Notes under the pieces: model-generated
What the model was told of the DNA's origin: nothing
What the model saw: the letters and a program-made list of their open reading frames with translations, nothing else
Database searches by the model: none
From: Mesotaenium endlicherianum
Taxonomy: Eukaryota
DNA length: 48,549 nt
Direction: 5' to 3'
Assembly: GCA_009602735.1 (NCBI GenBank)
Contig: WELA01003449.1
Location: forward strand, 334,120 to 382,668
Made by a program: the position numbers and the translations under genes
Part shown: positions 38,161 to 48,549 of the stretch, piece after piece
Layout: the number at the start of each line of letters is the position of its first letter
Numbering within the stretch: position 1 is the first letter of the stretch

Positions 38161-40485
38161 AGCATTTGCTTTTTAGTACATCTATATGTAGATACATATT
38201 CTTGGGGGGGGGGAGTGGGGGTGAGGGAAGGGGGAGGGAAGATTGTGTAGGGGAGAAAGGGGGAGGGAATGTTTGGTAGGGGAGGGGAGGGGAGGAGAGG
38301 GAGGGAATTAGAAGTGTGTCAGACTGGCTAAATATTTATCAACATTTATGTGAGTATGCTAGTTATCTCTCTTCATAGTTCTCTCCATTATTGCTTTCAG
38401 AAGTGCTACCTGTTTGGTGGAGGCTAGAGGCTGCTGTTCCTCTACATGCTCAATTTGTGGGTGTGAATACTTCCAGTCTTATGAGCTGTAATGAGAGTCC
38501 AAGTGAGAATCTTTAGCACATGTAGGTCGACTTGCTCTTTGTGCCGGCACTGGCTAAGAAACGCAATGCTGACAAACTCGAGGAAGGAAGTACATCCTCT
38601 GTTTTTTCCGCGCGCTTCAGGATTGTGGAGCGCTCCATGCTTCACAAACGCATTGCATACAAACACACAAGACTTGAGCAATACCAGTAGCAAAGACCAA
38701 GCAAGACAAACGTGTAGACCTTGCACCTGAATGCAAAAATTGGCTTGGAATTGTTAGTCTGAAGGGCTTAAAGCACCTAGTCATCAACGTTCTTTGCTTG
38801 TCTGGGGGGCAGCTGGAGTCTCAACTCTCTTATGTGCCCGTTGCAATGCATGCCAGCTAACGACAATAGGCTTCGATTAAAAATCAAGATACAAAAAATG
38901 ACATTGGTAATGGTTGCAAGCGTCCATGTGGGGACTAATGTGGAATGTGCGTTGCACAAGAAGTGGATTTTTTATTTGTGAATATACTATGGTCGCATTG
39001 AGTCCACCTTGCGGCCTTTGGTGGTGAACAAAGTTTTGTCCAGGTCCCGCAAAAAAAAAAAAAAAANNNNNNNNNNNNNNNNNNNNNNNCAAAAAAAAAA
39101 AAAAAAGAGAGTAGAATCGGGGAACTACAACTGGTGATCACGGTGCATCCCACTAACAAAAAAACATATCCTTATATACAGTGTGCAACACACTAACACA
39201 ACCGGCAGGTATTGCGTGGCTATGAGATTGATGTCTACCCATAGGAAACTCCCAGGAAACATCATTCGGGAACTGGCAACACGGGCACCCGCCACATGGC
39301 AGGCGCGTGCGGCACGAAGTCCAAAAGGTTTTAACAGCTTATATACATTGCACTCTTCCGACGGAATGCCCTCTTGGTTGCTGCGCTTAAGATGGTCTCT
39401 CACAGACCCACAGTTCCAGCTGTCGAACCTACCTACCTACCTACCTGTTTGACTCTAGCATCTCATAGTACGTCGCTGACAAGGAACACAACGGCGACAT
39501 GCACGTGTCACATAAAGCATGCATGCTTGTCTAGGCGGACCACAACGAAGCAAGAGGCAGGCGAGCAATGCAGAAGTGCAATCTTAATTGCTATTTCAAA
39601 TCACTAATCTCCTCAGCGCGCTCATGCATGAAGCCCTACAAGCGTCAGCTAGAGCACGCGTGCTCTATCAACGGCAGACCCTCCCTCTGACCCTATCTTA
39701 TACCTTCTATCATATCACTCCTGGACAGCGCAAGGCGCGCCGTAAAGAGGGCATACCCCAACGTATCCAAAGGTAACAAACTCTAAGAACCAGACTCTGC
39801 CCAGCCGCGGGTGACAGGCTGCCGGGCCAAACCCGCCCGCAAGTCCCGATGCCGCCTGGCACGCAAGAAGAGACAGCTGTCGTTCACAACTCTGTAAAGA
39901 TCCAAGACTCTGCTGATGGTGGGGGCGCTTTCTTCCACATCAGTTGCTCGCGGCCAGTGGGGGAGCTGGTCGGCGCTCGTCATGCCGAGGTCACATCCCG
40001 AGGTGACGTCTCAACTCCTGGAGAAGGTGCTATTTGACAGCGGCGTGCCACATGTCACATGGTGCTGCTGGTGCTTATCACAAACCCAACATCCAAAATC
40101 GCCAGCTTCGCCTCTCTCAGAGGGGCTGCTCTGCTACGTAAAGCTTGGCCCAGAAAGGGCCTCGACCCCTGACTAAGCCCCAGCTTTGATTGATTGCCAG
40201 CAGACATAACTCTGGGAGGACCTACCTAAGAAGGAAAGAAGAAGGTCGTGGAAGGAGTGGAGGACCACCACAAAAGGAAACCAACTGCGTGATAACCGCG
40301 ACAACCCGAGCCTTTTGGAATTCCTCAGTCAGCCTCTCCGCGACTATTTTGCAAGGCTAAGCCTCAATCGCAACTCTTATTCTAAACCTCTCAAACCCCA
40401 AATCTAGGGTAGAAAACCTATAAGATTTCGATTCCTATATCTCAAACCCTAATTTTCCACGAAGCTCGCCTGGAATCAAGGCCAG

Positions 40486-43400
40486 CTAGGACCCGAAGAG
40501 GGGGGGGGGCGTGGCGGAGGCAGATGGTGGGGGGGGGTAGAAGAGCTTCAGGAGGCGGTGCTTGAAATCTGCGTGGCCACATGTCGCCTCGCAGGCCTGA
40601 CACATGTCGAAGTCGTGGCAGTCCAGGCAGCGGTACCTGATGCCCATGATCGGGTTCGCTCTGCGCAGGCATGAGAAAAGAAACAAAACACAGACGCGAA
40701 AGAGACCGAAACACATGGAGAAAAGTCAGTGATGAACGAGTGCCACCTGGCGCTGGTGTCTGGGCAGCAGGAGAGCTCACGGCGCATGTGTGGGAAACAA
40801 CAGTAGCTGTTGGTATAAATCCTCACACTGGCTGACAGCGGTCCGGATGAGGACGGCCCACTGGACCCAAGAAGGAAGGGGGGGGGGGGGGNNNNNNNNN
40901 NNNNNNNNNNNNNNNNNNNNNNGGGGGGGGGGGGGGTGTGTGGGTGAAGGGTCAGAGCAACAGAAGGAGCACGTGTGTCCACCGCAGCAGTATTGGCCAC
41001 CGCAGCAGTATTGGCCATAGCTGACTTTGAGGGCGGGAATCTAAGCTAGACGTATGCTTTCCTGTCTCATTTTTCTTCGCGCGGAAAATTGCGGGGGTGC
41101 TCGGCAAAGGTGGGAGTGATCGGGGGACATCGACGTACACGTACATGCAGACATACATCTGAATATACATGTCTACAGACAAACGTACGTACATCGTCGA
41201 TCTTGTTCTTATGATTTTTGTTCCTCTTCAGGGGGAGACGTGGGCCATACCCGCAGACGTCGCAACAGATGCCACGATGCACCAGCGCCTTCTGGGAATG
41301 CACTCCGGGGTGCTTCCCGTAAGTCTCGGGCAGATCCCGGAGCTTGTACAGCAGGTGGCTCTGGGGGTGGCGCGGCCCTAACAGGTGGGGGCCCTCGCAG
41401 CCCTCGCAGAGGTCAAAGTCCGGGCAGACCGAGCACCGGTAGCGGACCTGCCCGGGAAATACGGGCACCTTGCAAACGTCGCAGAAACAGACGGGGGGAG
41501 GGGCGCTGGCGGGCGGCGGCGGCGGAGAGCGGGGGAGGAGGGGCTCGGCAGGGAACAGGGGGCGGGACGCGCCAGGTGTCGCCTCCGTGGGGCGGCCCGT
41601 GTAGCGCGCGCCCGCGCCGGCGACGAGCGACCCAAAGAAGTCGCCCCTCTCACGGGCCTGCGCCATCTGGCGGGCTATGCTCGTAATCGCTTGCTCGTCC
41701 ACGACACCGTTGCTGGTGCTCTTGTACCACTGTATGGTCACGCGCACCGGGAAGCGCTCGTCGCGGGCGCACAAGGGGCGGGCCCTCAGCGACGGGAACG
41801 CCCCCTGGGGGCTCCCCACGCGGATGATCGCCGGCTCCACGTCAGCCTTGGCGGCCGGCGGCGGCGCTGCCACCTGGCATCCCAAGAATGCGCCAGGCAT
41901 GCCACCGCCTCCTCCTCCTGCAGCAGCAGCAGGAGCGGCGGCGCTGGCACCAAAACTGAATCCAAATGCGCTTGCTCCTGCACCTGCGCCTGCCCCTAAT
42001 GCTTTTCCTCCTCCTCCTCGTATGCCAAACCCTTTGGTCCACTCAAACTGGCCATTGACGGAAGAGAGGGAGTCTCCAAAGAGGGATGGCTGCGACGCAA
42101 AGCCAAACGAGAACGAGGGCTGCCTCAGGGGCACCTGCAACACGTCCAGCCGACACGTGGCGGCAGCAGAAGAGGGCACACCGTGAGATTTTTCGCCGCA
42201 CAAAAGACACCTGCCTCTTCTGCCCCTTCTGTATGCGCCGCGTGGAGACAGAAACACCTTCGCGCAACGCATCTCTCTGTTAGACGTTCGCACGCGCGTA
42301 GACGGTGCAGGGAAGTTCACACGCACAAGGTGGCTGGCACGCACATGCATGTTGCTCAAAAAAGAAATGAACAAGCACATACCGAGGGCATTGAAACAAA
42401 TACATATGTATGATATATATAACATATACATATACAATTGTAGCGAAGGAACGCACCTGGATGACGACGATGACGTTCTGTCGGCGCTCCTCCTGTGTCA
42501 TGGCACCCTCGATGGGGACGCCCCGCTGCCTCCGATCGTCCCGCAGACGCAGGCCCGTAAACGGGCAGCGGCTGCCAGCGCTGTTGAACCACAGCAGCTG
42601 CCCCTGCCTGCCTGCACATTGATCATTTGGAGGCCACACGGTCGACGCGAAGCCACACCCCCGCCGCCCTTCCACAAAGACTTCAGTAATAGCCCGTAGT
42701 GCGTAGTACTAATGCGATAGTACACTAATGAACGATTTAGTATCAACAGTTCAGTACATCAACAGTCAAACAAATATCAATGGCGCAACGTCAGAAAAAA
42801 AGTGGTCCTACCCAAAGAGGGTGTTAAACCTAGGACAGGTTTTACGTATGATGGCTTCAGCATTGTCCTGGGGGGTGGGGNNNNNNNNNNNNNNNNNNNN
42901 NNNNNNNNGGGGGCGACATGGGGGCCAGGCGGGGGAAATAGGGGCGGTTTAGGGAAATTGGGGAGGGGAGGGGCGGATACCTCCTTCTTCGACGAGCTGG
43001 GCACTGGTGCCGTGTGCGGTGGCCACGATTGCCAGCACAGCCGGGGCGGCGGGCTTCGTCATGTAGTTGTAGAGCGCAACGTGGAAGTCCACCTCCTCGC
43101 CCTCTGGCAGCGGCAGGAACGCCGCCTGCGCGGACACCAGCGCGTGCGAGTCCCTCGCGGGCGCCAGCAGCCCGCCAGCTGGCACCCCCGCGCCGCCCGC
43201 CAGATCCTCCCCCCACCCGGTGTACCGCTGGATGTCACGGAGGTACTCGCGCAATGACACCGAGCGAGGATCCCTGGGCGTGCCACCTGGCACGCCACCT
43301 GGCGTGCCACCTCCTCCCCCCTGCTCGTTGCCCACGACCAGGGGGATGGCGTCCATGGGCACATCCCAAGTGAGGTCCGCGTAGTTGGGGGCGCGCACGA

Positions 43401-43564
43401 GGGGCATGGGCGTGCGGTCGACGACAAGTGTCATGTCGCTGATGCAGGGGCCCCACACAGAGCCCTTGGTGCGCGCGTTGTCCTCCCATGCGACACGTGT
43501 CACGCTCAGGCCATGCTGCGCGGCCAGGTGGCGCGCTGCGGGGCTGTCCACGAGGCCCGTGACC
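40486..43564 (-). CDS. Uncharacterised protein: conserved unknown N-terminal domain plus two C-terminal ZZ-type zinc fingers (5' end unresolved)
   Basis: Exons (minus strand) 43564-42981, 42611-42457, 42134-41251 and 40660-40486 (TAG), with GT-AG introns and consistent phases. ZZ1 is CDVCKVPVFPGQVRYRCSVCPDFDLCEGCE...HPQSHLLYKL. ZZ2 is [34 protein letters not shown]...HADFKHRLLKL and is split by an intron. The N-terminal domain contains WEDNARTKGSVWGPCISDMTL, RDSHALVSAQAAFLP, NVIVVIQVPLRQ, RDERFPVRVTIQWYKSTSNGVV and GSLV...TGRPTE. The start codon was not identified. Confidence 0.8.
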
Positions 43565-45249
43565 CTGGCCAGCAGAGCAGGCCTAGTCACATGCGTGGGC
43601 CCAACACTCTTTCCTCCCCCCATCCCCTTGCCTCTCAGCTTCAAAAGTCTCGCGATCTCTGAGGGGGCTGTTGGATACACCTGGAATCTGCTGGGGACTG
43701 GGGACAGCTCGGGAACACCAAGGATCTTCAAGGGACACCCGGAGACACCTGGGGGTCAGCTGGTGGCACCTGGCACTGCCAGGAGATGCAGAGACAGAGG
43801 GCCAGGATAGCACTGAAATGTAAGTATACCCCAAGCAATAGCAGGAAGAGCTGCTGCTGTGATGGGGGGGTGCTCAGACACCCTGCTTGATTGGGCTCTC
43901 TAAACTTCCGGTTGTGCCTCAGACCCCTCCAGCTATTTTCCCCTGTGCGTCCTGCACCACCAGATGTCCACCATCGGATCGAAGCAATCAAGGACTGAAA
44001 CTGGGCAAGGGCTAGCTCGGCACACGCATGCCAGCTGAAACCCTGCTGACAGCAGCCGCCTCAGGACCAAAGAAGGGCCCCAGAACAAGTTGAAGGTTTT
44101 TTCAATTATTTTTTTGATTATTTATATATATTTTTCAAAAAGACCGCCATGAGCACTCTCACCCTGATCAACGCGGAGCCGAAGTTCTAAGTTTGATCGC
44201 AAATGGAGTACCAGAGGGGGAGAGCTGCCCATGACTGGCACCCGAGCAGATATTTGAGGAGAGAGCTCTGTGAGTCACAACTGTGTGGGCAATTGTAAGG
44301 CTCTCAGTTATCTCGGAAACATGCAGATGGCCGCAACAAGTATGCAGCAACTTTAAATCATGCAACAACAGCAGCGTCTCCCACTGTGGCTTAATAATCA
44401 CAGGTGTGAGGAAGACACCCAATTTCACATGCTATTAGCACACAGGAACATTATATAAATACACATATACTCATGCATATCACTAGAAATAAAACATGTC
44501 GCAGAACACATGAGATTCCGCCAGCTTTGCATGCATCTTAGATGGTGACAAGTGGCTCCATCTACTGCTGCTCCTTAACATAATCTGTAAATAAGTTGTA
44601 AACTTGAGGGATGTATTCAGCTCCATGGAACACAACGCGCCGAGAGTGCGTGTTGGCCTTAGGTGTAAGAGCCGGAACAATAGAACTTAGTCGTGCCGTG
44701 AAGACTGACAGATGACATATTGAGTAAAGTAGTAAGGCATCAAGTTAAAATGCAAGTATGTGACATTCTGCAGGAGGCGGAATCAAAGTCAGGCTTTCCT
44801 CCCCGAAAAAGGGATAAGGAGCGGTTAGAAGGCACTTACGTTGTCAGCTGGTCGTAAAAAAGCGCCTCAGTTGTGTACTTGTACAGCTTCGTGAAGTAAC
44901 TCTCGTGTGAGATGATGGGCACTGTGTCACGAGCGCAAGAAAGTTGGTCCTTGCAACCTGTGCGTCTTACAACTGATTATATATACTTACCCGGTGACTT
45001 CGTGACTCAATTTAAGAGACGCCAGTCACCAGTGGCCACAATTTTTGCCCAGAGTTGCCCACAGTTGCACGTGCTGACTCCTGAGCCCTTCCAAGAGAGG
45101 TGCACGGCAAGTGGCCATTGAAGGCAGCGTGTGTCGAGCATCACATGGACTGACAAGGAGTGCGCCGCACGCAATATTGGCCGACACCGCGTCGTAAAGT
45201 CAACGGACGGGCAGAAGTCTGACACTTCATTCTCACTTGGTTTCAACTT

Positions 45250-46244
45250 GGGAAAAAACATATTTAGCATCGATTTGCGCCGCTACTCCAGATTTACCAT
45301 CGATTAGTGCAAACTGGACAGAAATACCCAGATTATGCCAATTTGGACAAAAATACCACTTTTGGACGGTATGTGTCAGAAGGAAAGGAATCCATGTAGT
45401 TGACCACCCAGTAGCGCTTCTCGGCTTGGTAATTAAAGGGAAAGGCGGAGGAAGGGAACTTTTCCCTTCTTTGTGATGACGAAAGATAACGGTTTTCTGG
45501 GGAATGGGAAGGGAAAGGAATTCTGCCGTTTCCCCAAAATCCTGCTAATGGGTGGAGGCTGTTTGGACAAAAATACCACATTTTCCTCCCGAACGCCTCA
45601 AGATATATAGTAATGAGAACAAAGGCTTTGCTTATAGCTAGGTCCTATCGGTAAACTCGTGTAAGTAAAAAGATTCGACACGAATGAACGAGGGTGAAAA
45701 GTCGTTGCCTTCAATGTAGGATTTCTGTTTCCGAGGAGAGAATCTTGGTTTTTTAGACAATAATTTTGAAGGCATATCAATATAAAATTGAATCCGAAAG
45801 TTGAAGCGCACTGGAGGGGAGGGCCGAAAAACCTTAGGGCCTGTGAAGGTAACGCTCTTCTATTCGGGCTTCGGGTTTATGGTAAAGAGTTTAAAACTTT
45901 AAGCTTGCAAAACTTTTAGAATGTCGAAAGTGGTCGAAAGCAATAAATATAGCTGTTCGTAATGGTCACTAAAATTGGCCACACGTCTAATTTGTTTCTT
46001 TTACTTAAAATAGACTGTCAAAAGATACTCGCACGACTTATACGTCAGATAACTTGAAGTGCTCAACGATACTCGCAGTGCACAAACTCGCAGTGCAAAG
46101 TTTACAGTGAGAAAGCAACAAAACAGGTTCAGAACGAAGAAGTGGTATTTTTGTCCAAATTGGCAGAATCTCTGTCCAGTTTGCACCAATCGATGGTAAA
46201 TCTGGAGTAGCGGCGCAAATCGACGCTAAATATGTATTTTTCCC
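45250..46244. mobile_element. Non-autonomous Mutator-like element (MULE), 995 bp
   Basis: TIRs at 45250-45361 and 46140-46244 both begin GGGAAAAA and share CATATTTAGC(A/G)TCGATTTGCGCCGCTACTCCAGATTTACCATCGATT(A/G)GTGCAAACTGGACAGA...GCCAATTTGGACAAAAATACCACTT. A perfect 9-bp target-site duplication, TTTCAACTT, lies at 45241-45249 and 46245-46253. No transposase ORF is present inside. Confidence 0.9.
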
Positions 46245-47193
46245 TTTCAACTTTCAAGCACGATCGGACCTGATGCTTTTCCGGACTTCGCCCCCATTTT
46301 TCGTTGAACTCACTTTTTCCTCGTTCTCATGAAGCTTCCTCTAACACGAAGTCTGGATGTCTGACTAAGTCCGTTAGCTTCATGCTTTGATCTGGACGAA
46401 ATAATTTTAGCTAAATAATACATATATGTCCATGTCCATATTTATCAGAATCATCCTTTTTCAGTGCAGGATGACTATATACTTACTGCACCTAGTCAGA
46501 TATCAAATTTCCCACTAAGTGGTGCTTACAAAAATACGAAAAGTGTAATGCTTTAAGAGGTACAAAATTGTCTCAAAAGCTCCATTCATGCAAGGAAGAG
46601 TCTTACAAACAGCACAAAAGAATATGCAGACAGATTGCACAACTTCTTTGTATTTTGCTTACAAACTACGTAATCAAATTTCAATCTTTATGCCTTCCAA
46701 CCGTCAGCTTCAAGTTGAGACATTCTTCCTCAATCATTTCATCCACTATTGAACAACTGCAAACCTTGCTTGACAACACTATCTGCACAAATCGAATATT
46801 TACAAAAGGCAGGGTACGTGCGGCCAACTCACTATGTCACCAAGACGATTATCAGATGCTTACAAGCGAGGCAAATTTTACCCCCGGTTCACATGGGGAG
46901 GAGCGCCATGGGGGACTCTCAATAGGCAAGCATTTCACGTAACAATACGAGCTAGAACATGCGTAATACAGATAGCAAATAGCTTTTTCCATGAACCCCC
47001 AGTTCACAACCACAGACAACAACAAAATTAAACGTCCCTTCTCGATCTTTTAACAAATTGTGGCTTTAACACTCACTCATCAAGCTGTAGCCACCGTTTG
47101 GAATTAAATACACTCCAAGTCGGTGACTATCCAATGTCCAGTTGTGTCTTCAAGCGGATGCCAAATCATTTTCTCGGCCCTCATCAAGGTAGG

Positions 47194-48434
47194 CTACTCC
47201 TGGGGCAGCTCCATCCTCCTCCAGTTGCCAATCAGGGGTTGCAGCTGCGGCGCCTTCTCGTACATTCCCAGAAGCCCGCCTGTGTGGATGAACAGGACTC
47301 TCCTCCCTTCCCACTCTTCGGGACTCTGCTTCATCGCGTCGAGCATGCCCTTCAAGGCCTTGCCACTGTGCAGAGCACGCACACACGCACACGCACACAC
47401 ACGCACACACACACACAGGCACACACACACATGTGCACATACACGTGCACACATCCGCGCACGCAGACACGGAGAGAAGAAAACGCAGGTGCACGACGAA
47501 CAAGGACATGAACTGTGAGACAGCTGCCAAAAGCTCTAGCAACTGGGAGGCCGAGGGCCCTGCCGCTGAGCAGGGACCCTGTCAGGGACATGCGTGCTGA
47601 GGTCGCGTGCAGAGGATCAATAGGCGATGCCCTTTTCCTTCGAGGCCTCCCACTCGTGTGGAGCATGCGAGGTTGCCTCCAAAATGCCAGTGCGCAGTGC
47701 GCAGGGCGGACAAGGCAACAGAAGTTGCTCGCACAAATCTCCTTCACTGGCATTGCAAGTGGTTGTTGTAACGCAGCTCGAGCACGAAGCCGAGCTTCCG
47801 GAGCCTCAAGATCGGCTTTCAGCAGAAGAGGGTGTCACATAATCGAGAGGGGCGTCAGGAGGGGCGTCACAAAATTGGGAGGAGCGTCCAAAGCATGCCC
47901 TGCTTCTCAACTTGGAGTCTCAGCCCGCCGGAGACACAAGCGCCCTCCATTTGTGTGCCCGTATGGGGACAGCTGTCAGGGGCGAACAAGAGATGGAAAG
48001 CCGCCGGCAGAGTGTTGCGGTTGCGTCCGCCAAGTGCCCGACACCAGCTCAATTTCCTATTTAAGACACCAATGCTCAAGAGACAAGAGTCTAACAAGCC
48101 CACACCCACCCCCCCTCAGACGTGTTTGTCGTAGCCCGGCGGCGTCGGCAACGTGTGCATTGGGCAGCAGTTCAGCCTTCAGCCTTCCCTGCAGACGCTC
48201 AAAAATCGCTGCCAAAAGTCACATAGAAGGAGGGAGGAGCAGGCAGGTGAAAGAGGCAGAACAGGTCAAACCACATCGACACGAAGACAACACAGTGGGG
48301 GGGCAATGGGGAGGTTTGGGGGAGGGAGGGACGTGCCTGTAGACAGGGTCCAGAATGACGCCAGTTGTCGCCGCCACGTCAAGCACCGCCTGCAGCTCGC
48401 TGCTCGTGCTCATTGCGTAGCCCTCCCCCTTTGC
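47194..48434 (-). CDS. DCD: D-cysteine desulfhydrase / ACC deaminase family PLP enzyme, last two exons (5' part lies beyond the window)
   Basis: Exons 48434-48337 and 47365-47194 (TAG) give AKGEGYAMSTSSELQAVLDVAATTGVILDPVYSGKALKGMLDAMKQSPEEWEGRRVLFIHTGGLLGMYEK. This includes the family hallmarks LDPVYSGKA and LFIHTGG. The intron between the exons starts with GC. Confidence 0.9.
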
Positions 48435-48549
48435 CTGCGTAATGGCAACGGCCAATCACACCACACATGCAGGGACAGCTGTTAGTTGGGCAAGACGGAC
48501 CACAGCAGCGAGAGGAAAACAGCCCCCCCCACCCCCTTTTCCCTCCCCC

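Noticed and set aside
39051..39106. Poly-A tract as the tail of a SINE, LINE or retrocopy
   Set aside because: It is interrupted by an N gap, and I found no target-site duplication or recognisable element body.
38160..40486. Functional link between convergent PEX2 (peroxisomal E3) and the ZZ-finger gene, as a pexophagy module
   Set aside because: Adjacency of eukaryotic genes is not evidence of a shared pathway, and no PB1 or UBA domain typical of NBR1 was seen.
40979..41017. CCACCGCAGCAGTATTGG repeated twice, and other short repeats, as a CRISPR-like array
   Set aside because: Only two adjacent copies with no spacers, inside a eukaryotic intron; a simple local duplication.
44983..45100. 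ATACTTACC resembling the U1 snRNA 5' end
   Set aside because: The downstream sequence lacks recognisable U1 stem-loops. It is better explained as a minus-strand splice donor (GG|GTAAGTAT) or as chance.

Overview
Eukaryotic, intron-rich, microsatellite-laden genomic DNA with several N gaps. The plant-type proteins and GC-rich introns suggest a green plant lineage, plausibly a streptophyte alga (inference). Most ORFs in the six-frame track are artefacts. Reading splice sites by eye gives six spliced genes: a PLM-like sphingomyelin/IPC-synthase-family gene (-), a plastid-type GrpE (+), TRAP-beta/SSR2 (+), the peroxin PEX2 (+), an uncharacterised gene (-) fusing a domain I recall mainly from bacterial and giant-virus hypothetical proteins to two ZZ zinc fingers, and the 3' end of D-cysteine desulfhydrase (-, with a GC-AG intron). 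Other features are a ~1 kb non-autonomous Mutator-like element with ~110 bp TIRs and a perfect 9 bp TSD, a decayed inverted intron-containing copy of two D-cysteine desulfhydrase exons ~22 kb from the parent, and a ~2.4 kb tandem duplication inside PEX2 joined by a single N (probably an assembly artefact). The best candidate for a novel system is the ZZ-finger fusion gene at ~40.5-43.6 kb.
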